Of a DNA stretch of 64,000 nucleotides, positions 55,214 to 64,000 are shown in pieces (within the stretch, counting starts at the first letter, position 1; every line of letters starts with the position of its first letter). The DNA comes from Octopus vulgaris. Its lineage: Eukaryota. Under the pieces are notes generated by a model. That model was given only the letters and a program-made list of their open reading frames with translations. It was not told where the DNA came from and did no database searches. The position numbers were made by a program, and so were the translations under genes. The DNA lies in contig OX597824.1 of NCBI GenBank assembly GCA_951406725.2, positions 79,794,001 to 79,858,000 of the forward strand. Direction: 5' to 3'.

Positions 55214-55596
55214 GGAAGCACTCCGTCGGTTACGACGATGAGGGTTCCGGTTGATCCGAATCAACGGAACAGCCTGCTCGTGAAATTAACGTGTAAGTGG
55301 CTGAGCACTCCACAAACACGTGTACCCTTAACGTAGTTCTCGGGGATATTCAGCGTGACACAGAGAGTGACAAGGCCGGCCCCTTGAAATACAGGTACAA
55401 CAGAAACAGGAAGTAAGAATGAGAGAAAGTTGTGGTGAAAGAGTACAGCAGGGATCACCACCATCCCCTGCCGGAGCCTCGTGGAGCCTTTAGGTGTTTT
55501 CGCTCAATAAACACTGACAACGCCCGGTCTGGGAATCGAAACCGCGATCCTATGACCGCGAGTCCGCTGCCCTAACCACTGGGCCATTGCGCCTCG
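55214..55596 (-). mobile_element. SINE family A, tail A, full length
   Basis: 12-bp TSD tctgtctgaatt at 55202-55213 and 55597-55608. Confidence 0.92.
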
Positions 55597-55748
55597 TCTG
55601 TCTGAATTATACTGCGGATCACAAACCTGTGGACATGTAACCGACCAGCCGAAATCGTGCTCATTCTTTATTGACCCATCATCCTATGAGCTAACAACTA
55701 TTTTATCAAGGTACGTTTACCAGTCTCTCCAGTTTACTTTGGTATATT

Positions 55749-56134
55749 TGTAGTGACGTCATATTCCAGTGTGCGCACACGCAACGTCATTCTTCATTGT
55801 GCGTGTGCGGAACGTCCTTCTTCAGTGTGCGTGTGCGGGGTTGGAACCTTCTGGAACCTTCTGGAAAGGCATAAGGAAGTTCCCTCATGCATATGCGCTA
55901 GAGATTGAAGAAGAAATTCTATCGCGTTCCTTAATAGCGTCGGGGACTCGAGACACGGCGATAGAATTTCTTCTTCAGTCTCTAGCGCATGTGCATGAGG
56001 GAACTTCCTTATGCCTTTCCAGAAGGTTCCAGAAGGTTCCAACCCCGCACACGCACACTGAAGAAGGACGTTTCGCACACGCACACTGAAGAATGACGTT
56101 GCGTGTGCGCACACTGGAATATGACGTCACTACA
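55749..56134. mobile_element. Palindromic MITE with Ginger-type ends
   Basis: 177-bp arms (4 mismatches), 32-bp spacer, TGT..ACA termini, 4-bp TSD TATT. Confidence 0.85.
55843..55867. promoter_or_regulatory. Five-unit heat-shock element motif (mirror copy at 56016-56040)
   Basis: gGAAc cTTCt gGAAc cTTCt gGAAa; motif match only, no functional evidence. Confidence 0.5.
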
Positions 56135-57168
56135 TATTCGTAAAATCCAGTCAGTATTAACTTGAGCAGATTTACGAGGCTTTTACATAATCTCTTCTAT
56201 AGGATACTACCATACTCACACAGCGTGCGTTTAAGATGTCATTTCAAGCGCACACAATCTCTAAGGGGAGTGACGTTCCTAAGACTGATTAAAGACACGT
56301 GACAATTTCTGGCCACCTTGCTTTCTGTTAGGCATAAATGATCGCTTGTCCGAAGGAACAGCCTTCGCTGCTGTTCACGTACAAGGCTACCGAATTTCCA
56401 ATCCGAATTCAGGCTTTTCTGAAACTACAAAGGCACTCTTTCAAAGGCACTCTTTCAATCCAGGTCGACTAAAAGAAGCGTTAGTATACTAATTGCTGGT
56501 TAGAAAACCTGGTCTTTCGGATGCTTACCAAATCAGTATCTATTGACATGAGGTTATATAAATGACCATAAGTCCAGGCCAACTCCACTCCACAACAACC
56601 CACTCTCGGAAGAAGCAAATCCTCTCTAGAAGATGCCGTAGACATTTTGAGGGATAATTAATTTAAATGAAAGGGGCCTTGGGTAATGAAAATATTGTGA
56701 ATCACTGTGCTAGGGAATGTTTTTAAGGCAGTTTGACTGCTATTTCTAGCAAACAGAGAGGCACTCATTCGCCCGGTACAGGTTGAGCAAATTATGATCA
56801 AAGACATTTCGCTGTGACCATTGCGTCTGTATATGCGGAGTGCTCAGGATGACATCCTATTTGCTGTTTTTCTAAAAAGTGATTTGAGAGAGATTTGGCG
56901 GTTAGCTTTAGCTGATCGTGCGACCTTGTAGAGGTTCATTCGACGGCCCATTTTGTATGTCTTGCAGTGAACTGTTGCAAAGGGAATCTTTTAATCATTC
57001 ATCTATGAGATTGTTTCATTACGAGACACTCATTCAGTCATTGAGTCTTGTTGGTGTAGTCGTGTGGAAGATGAGAATGGTTTTTGATTTCGATCTCCGG
57101 TTTGAAACTTGCTCTTGGTCTAGTTTCCCACCGTAACACACACACACACACACGCACACGCACGCACG

Positions 57169-57226
<58 letters not shown>

Positions 57227-57320
57227 TAAAGAGGGTGAGAGGAAGAAAAGGGAGCAAGTTTGTGATAGAATTTCTTCAGGAAACGTAATAATTTTAATTA
57301 CTGCAAGTGCCACCAGCAAT

Positions 57321-57402
<82 letters not shown>

Positions 57403-57972
57403 AATACAAATAGACAGAAAGAGAGACAGGGAGAGTGAGACAGAAAACAAAAGAATTAAGAGGAACTGTCCTGAGGAATGACTGTAAATTAAACGAACGG
57501 ACAATAAGGTGAAGACAATAGACGAGGTTGCCCCAGAAGTCATCTCGTTCCGTCAATGATTCAAAAGACGTTGTTACGATACAAGAAGAATGATATGGTT
57601 TTTTCAGTTAACGTCTGACGGCGGCCGAAATGTTACAAATTAGACAGAGTTTATTAACGATAAAATGAAACAGCATTTTATGTTTGACTGATTATTATCC
57701 ATTGGTTTTTCTCTGACTTCTTGACACACAAGAAAGAATGGAATTGTCTGGATATTATGAAATATAGACGGACTCACGGTCGGCTTTAAGACCACGCCAT
57801 CAATCGTCAACTATTTCCTAACTGAGCCAATGAGAGAACGAATCCCCTATGTGGTTGTTCGGTTTGCTGAATACAGCAGACGATTGTCCACTCAAATCTC
57901 ATCCTTCAGTCTGAAGAAAAGGAATGGGGTGTTAAATAATGTGTATATATTATTGTTATTAGTCTGGTGTCT

Positions 57973-58400
57973 AAGGCGGCGAGCTAGAAAAATTGTTTGC
58001 TCGCCGGATATAATACTTGACAGTATTTCGTGTACCATTGCGTTCTGAGTTCAAATTCCGCCGAAGTTGACTTTGTTTTCATCCTTTCAGGTTCGATAAA
58101 ATAAGTACCAGTTGAGCAATGCTCGACCATAATTGCTGGCCTTGTGCAAAAATTTGAAACCAGTATTATTGCTATTAGTGTGGGGATCTAAGACGGTGAG
58201 ATGGCAGAATCGTTAGCAGGCAGTTCACAATGCTTATCAGTATTTAGTCCGTCTTAACGTTCGGTGTTCAAATTCCGCCCAGGGCAGCGTTGTCTTTTAT
58301 CCATTCGAGGTCAATAAAATAAGTACCATTTAAGCAATGGGGTCGATGTGATTGGCTAGTCTCCTCCCACCAAACTTCAGGCCTTGTATCTATTGTTGAT
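57973..58400 (+). mobile_element. Two diverged SINE B monomers
   Basis: Heads near 57973 and 58190, each with core and tail. Confidence 0.75.
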
Positions 58401-58519
58401 AGGGTTGTTAGTATGGTGACCCACAGAATCGTTAGGAGCGTGAGGGGACAAAATGCTTTGCAGTTGGGCAGTCGCCGACTCAGGAGGGATCAGATCTAAA
58501 GTTTACCTCGGTAGGTAAG

Positions 58520-58593
58520 GAACCATTGCGTGGCATCTTGGGCAAGTGTCTTCTACTATAGTCTCGGGTTGACCAAAGCCTTGTGAGTGGATT

Positions 58594-58654
<61 letters not shown>

Positions 58655-58848
58655 CTGTGTTTGTTCTTCACAACCACTTGACAACTGGTGCTGGTGTGCT
58701 TACATCCCCATAACTTAGCGGTTTGGCGAAAGATACCGATAGAATAAGTACCAGGTATTTTCAAAAAGATAAGTACTGGAGTCGATTCGCTCGACCAAAA
58801 TACTTCAAGGCAGTGCCCCAGCATGGCCACAGTCTGAAGCAAGTAAAC
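58520..58848 (+). mobile_element. SINE family C, partial
   Basis: Body and tail match the 40556 copy. Confidence 0.75.
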
Positions 58849-58852
58849 GATA

Positions 58853-58893
<41 letters not shown>

Positions 58894-59059
58894 TATATAT
58901 ATATATATGCATACATACACAAACGCACACATATATATGTATGTGTATATATATTCGTATATACATACTTATGTATATATACGTATTTGTATGTTTATAT
59001 GTACGTACACGCACATATCTTGATCTTCTATGGTTTAGGTATGCATGTGTGTGTGTGTG

Positions 59060-59104
<45 letters not shown>

Positions 59105-59914
59105 GTGTGTGTATGTATGTGTGTGTGTATGTGTGTGTGTGCGTGTGTGTGTTTGAAAAAGTGTTACTGTTTCTGTTTGTTTTTATTGTCACCGCAGGAC
59201 TTTACATTCGAAATCGCAACGGTAGGCGACGTTGGAAGAGCTAATTCTTATAAAACTGTGAGAGGTGAATAGGAGATAGCTTGCATCCTGTTATGGAACA
59301 GGGAAATAAAGGAAAATTCAGAATCCCCTGTGTATTTAAACGAAATTGTCACAAATAGCAGCAATATTTTCTAACATTAACAACTAAACTGATAACAACA
59401 ACGACAGCATGTACAACTGTGACACAATTACGAAGGAAAACCCTCCCAAAAAAACATTCATCTTAATCCAAACACATGTGAAAATGACTGCCGCAACACC
59501 AAAGTTAGTAATGGCAGTGTAAACAATGATGTCAAGAAAAAGGAAAACGAAAGCAAAAAAAAGAAAAAGAACAAGAAGAGAGAAAAAGAACAAGGAAGAG
59601 AGAAAAAGACAAATATATTTATACGGATAGACGCGTATATTTTGTCATTAATATGATGGCGGGAATGATAAAAGCGGTATAGAGCGGTCATACGCGTCAC
59701 CAAGAGGCAAGAAGTACAACTCCCAGAAGAACTATGCGAAGAAATTGGAAAATAAGGTTGAAAGAACTGAAGAAAGACACTTTGTTTTTCTGCCAATTAC
59801 AAGTTTCAATTTAAAAGGGAAATCAGGATGGAGAAGAAGGTGCTTCTATTCACTTCCACCAGTAAATTTGTTGAATGGTGTGGATTAATGTAGTGAGAAC
59901 GGAAAAGTGGCAGA

Positions 59915-60087
59915 CGCAGGCGTGGCTGTGTGTGTTAAGGAGTTTGCTTCGCAATTGCATGATCCTGGATCCAGTCGCACCGAGCGGCATCTTGGACAAG
60001 TGTCTTTTACTATAGCCTAGGCTCGACCAAAAGACTTGTGAATAGAATTGGTAGACAGAAATTAAAAGAAGCCCGTCATATATATAT
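59915..60087 (+). mobile_element. SINE family C 5' part, interrupted at its (TA)n by a Helitron fragment
   Basis: Head and body similarity. Confidence 0.7.
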
Positions 60088-60430
60088 ACTACTCCCACAT
60101 TTTGTGGTGCAGTTTAACCAAAAGCGGGTATCTTATAGTCGTGATTCATATCGAGCCCTTCTGGGTATTAGCGCGCGTCTACGATGAGTCTACGATTAAA
60201 AAAAAAAATTGCCATAATTTTTTTCCATTTTAATGCATTTTTTCGCTATTATATAAGGGAAGTAACTCTCTAAAAATGTCTATGATGAGTCAACGATTAA
60301 AAAAAAATTTACCATCATTTTTTTTCCATTTTTAATGCATTTTTTTGCTATTTTTTGGCTATAACTCTCTAAAAATGCTTATATAGTTATTTCCCTTACA
60401 AACCCGAGCAACGCCGGGCGATACTGCTAG
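60088..60430 (+). mobile_element. Helitron 3' fragment
   Basis: Ends aaacccgagcaacgccgggcgatactgCTAG|T, identical to the 11017 end; different interior with an internal duplication. Confidence 0.8.
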
Positions 60431-60794
60431 TATATATATATATATACATATATTTTCCTCTCGTTCTGGTCTAACGACCTTCCATGTTTGTTTTCGTTTG
60501 GTTTGCTTGTATGTCTCCATTGTCATATTTTTGTTCCTAACTTTGAACCTCCGTAAATCCTAGAGTTTATGAGAGCAACTGACTTATATTGTCGTTGAGT
60601 ACTGGAAATGAGGAGTAGCTAGACAGCCAACAACTGATGAAGGATCCTTTCTCTGTTTTAACTTGTCCTGTTTTCTATTTTTGCTCGTTGTTTACGTATA
60701 TCATGTTATTTCACCGTTGGTGACGTCCAATACCAATATATGCATGTATAGGCCCTAACACTTTCAAATTTTCAAATTTTCAAAGCTATTTTCA

Positions 60795-61310
60795 GGCTAT
60801 AGTAGAAGACACTTTGCCAAAGATGCCAGGCAGTGGGACTGAACCCAGAATCGTGTGGTTGGCAAGCAAGCTTCTTAACCACTCAGCCACTTCTGCGCCT
60901 ATATTCTTTACTCTTTTACTTGTTTCAGTCATTTGACTGCGGCCATGCTGGAGCACCACCTTTAGTTGAGCGAATCGACCCCAGGACTTATTCTTTGTAA
61001 GCCTAGTACTTATTCTATCGGTCTTTTTTACCGAACCGCTAAGTTACGGAGATGCAAACACATCAGCATCTGTTGTCAAGCGACGTTGGGGAGACAAATA
61101 CAGACACACAAACACACACACACATATCCACATATATACATATGTACGACGGGCTTCTTTCAGTTTCCGTCTACCAAATCCACTCACAAGGCTTTGGTCG
61201 GCCCGAGGCTATAGTAGAAGACACTTGCCCAAGGTGCCACGCAGTGGGAGTGAACCCGGAACCATGTGGTTGGTAAGCAAGCTACTTACCACACAGCCAC
61301 TCCCGCGCCA
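60795..61310 (-). mobile_element. SINE family C: a full copy (60905-61310) and an adjacent head fragment
   Basis: Reverse complement of the 40556 copy. Confidence 0.85.
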
Positions 61311-61727
61311 ATATGTAGGAACTTTAAATATTATTAAATAGACGTATAAATTGGCCTAGAAAGACACAAATATAGGTAGATAGAAATACAGAGAACTATA
61401 GAGACAGATAAATAGGCATATACAATGGCTCGCCAAAAGATAAACAATACAGACCCTTCTACGGTGTTTTCTCGGCATTGATATTCCATGATTTATGTGG
61501 AACTTTGAACCATCATGCGACACCAGGAACATCTGTTCCAGGTCAACATCGATTTTCTATTAATTTTGGTAAAAATTCTTCATACAGCTACCTGATTACC
61601 TGGCCTTCTTTATTCTTATATACTCATATATATTACACAAACACACACACACACACATATACATATATATGCACACACACACATACACACACATATATAA
61701 GTATATATATACATATATATAATATAT

Positions 61728-61793
<66 letters not shown>

Positions 61794-61926
61794 ATATATA
61801 TGTATATATATGTATATATATGTCTATATATGTATATATATATATGTATATATATATGTATGTATATATATATATGTATATATATATATGTATGTATATA
61901 TATGTATATATATATGTATATATGTG

Positions 61927-61960
<34 letters not shown>

Positions 61961-62209
61961 TGTATGTATGTATTTATGTATGTATGTATGTATGTATGTA
62001 TGTATGTATGTATGTATGTTTGTATGTATGTACATGACTCGTCGACGAAGTGTTTGATGAGATTTTAACACGCTGAAATGATATGATTCAGTTGTCAATG
62101 TCGAATATTTATTTATACAGATGTCAGTTGTAATGAATTTCTCTGTTTAGCTTAATTTACACGACCAGACAAGGGGCGACTGCAGTATATCTATGTGACT
62201 GAGCGGGTT

Positions 62210-62855
62210 TGAGAGAGATCGAGATTGAGAGAGAGAGAGAGAGAGAGAGATGAGAGAGGGAGATGGAGAGAGAGAAGAGGGAGAGGGAGTGAGTGTCAGG
62301 GTGGGATAGAAAGTGAAGAAAGTGGGCGAAGGAGAGAGCGACAGGGAAGAAAGATAGGAGAGTGAGAGAGAGGGACAGAAGAGAGAGAGAGAGAGGGGGA
62401 AGAGAGAGAGAGAGAGAGGGGAAGAGAGAGAGAGAGAGAGAGGGACAGGAGACAGGGGGCGGATTGAGAGAGGGACAGGAGAGAAGGGGAAGGATTGAGG
62501 GAGAGACAAGGAAGAAAGACAGGAGAGATACAGGTGAGAGAGACACAGGAGGGAGAGGGTTAGAAGGATAGGTGAGGGAGAGGAAGGAGTGAGAGAGGGA
62601 GAGGAAAGAGAGATAGGGGAGAGACAGGTGAGAGAAAGAGGAGGAAAGAGAGAGAGACAGAATAGAGAGAGAGAGAGAGAGAGAGACAGGAAGGAGATAG
62701 ATAATTAAAGAAGAAAGAGAAAATTTGGGAAGAGTGTGAGGAGGGAAGGTAGGAGAGAGACAAAAAGATGACAGAACAAGGATGAGTAAACCGGGAGGAG
62801 AGAAAATGAGAGGAGAGAGAGAATGAGAGAAAGAGAGAGAGAGAGAAAGAGAAGT
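62210..62855. repeat. GA-rich polypurine tract
   Basis: Direct reading. Confidence 0.95.
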
Positions 62856-63831
62856 AGAGCAATAAGAATATAATTGCTTGCTCAACATTGTATTTCATAT
62901 TCAATTAATTTTAATTAACTAATATCCAGAGTTGTCTCCCCACTGACATTAAAGAAAAAACAAAAATCAACAGAATTAGTTATTTACATCATGGTAGTTC
63001 ATATCAGTCGAGGTGTCATTTTCGTTAATTAAAGCTTTCTTGTCTCATAATATTAATTAATGTTAGTGCCCGCTTTAATTAGAATACCATTTAACCTCTG
63101 GTCCTTGACTACTAAGGGAGTCGCAGGCGCGCCGTGATAGCATAGATAAAGCGTGTCTTGGGCATTTTAAACCTAACAGAATCGATACTCTCCCTTTCTG
63201 TTTAAAACCGTTTTCTATGGAGAAAAACCGCACGCGAAAGGGAGATAAAGGGACCCCGTGAAAAAAATACGCAGAATTGATTTAGCAGGATTTAAACTCA
63301 GATTTAGGGGGCAAGAGCGAATATTTCAAAGTATTTCAACAGACTCCTTAATATTTCTGCTATTGTACCGCCCTTACAGTTTTTTTAATGATATATCTTT
63401 TATCTTTTAATTGCTTCAGTCAATGGATTGCGGCCATGCTGGAGCACTGCTTTGAGAGATTTTAGTCGAACAAATCAACTCGCGTACATTTTTGTTTTAA
63501 AGCCTATCATTCCCTACTGCCTAACAGCTATGCTACGAAGACATAAACAAACCAGCAACGGTTATCAAATGGTGGGTGAGGCACAAACAGACACAAAGTC
63601 ACTTACACGCACATACACACCCACACACACACATGCGCGCGCACACACACGTTTATATACGACAGGCTTCCACACAGTTTCTGTCTTCTATATTCGCTCA
63701 CAAAATATTGGTCAGCTCGGTGTTACAGTAAAAGATACCCAAGATGTTGAGCAGTGAGATTGAAACCGAAGAGTGAGCCTTTAACCACACATCCATACCT
63801 AAGTCTATAATGTATACATGTGTATGTATAT

Positions 63832-64000
63832 GCTGTACTCTTTCAATACAACTTTCTCTTACTCTTTCTTCTGTTGGCCTGCTCGCTTAGCCAGCGAGGT
63901 GGTGTCATTTGAAGGCTAAAACAATGCGAAGCGCATTGTGACCAGCGATGTGTAGCAACATCTGATAGCCTGGTCGGTCATGGTGATCACGGTGATATAT
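63832..64000 (+). mobile_element. SINE family A core with alternative tail D (headless)
   Basis: gctgtactctttc..actttctcttactctttcttc followed by a fourth unrelated tail. Confidence 0.65.

Noticed and set aside
55769-56114. Pair of nearly identical 106-aa ORFs on opposite strands
   Set aside because: They result from the palindrome, start at GTG and contain no recognisable domain

Overview
AT-rich eukaryotic, almost entirely non-coding DNA. The microsatellite density and SINE repertoire suggest an octopus/coleoid cephalopod (inference). Nearly all ORFs in the supplied track are translations of (TA)n, (CA)n, (TACA)n, (TCTA)n and trinucleotide repeats. The real content is three tRNA-derived SINE families, decayed LINE fragments (Tx1/L1 zf-RVT, RTE, R4/Dong-like), a Tigger remnant, two Helitron ends, a microsatellite-targeted retroposon and several Penelope-like termini beside (TA)n. 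No host gene could be identified; there are only weak candidate exons. Five observations stand out. (1) At least five hammerhead-ribozyme motifs from four unrelated sequence families, one with a compensatory G3-C8 core. (2) A 386-bp near-perfect palindromic TGT..ACA element with a 4-bp TSD that carries a five-unit heat-shock element plus CRE and MRE motifs. (3) A SINE whose 184-bp headless unit occurs both as tandem multimers and as an independently inserted monomer. (4) One SINE head joined to four different tails at the same breakpoint. (5) Recurrent fold-back hairpins abutting (TA)n.
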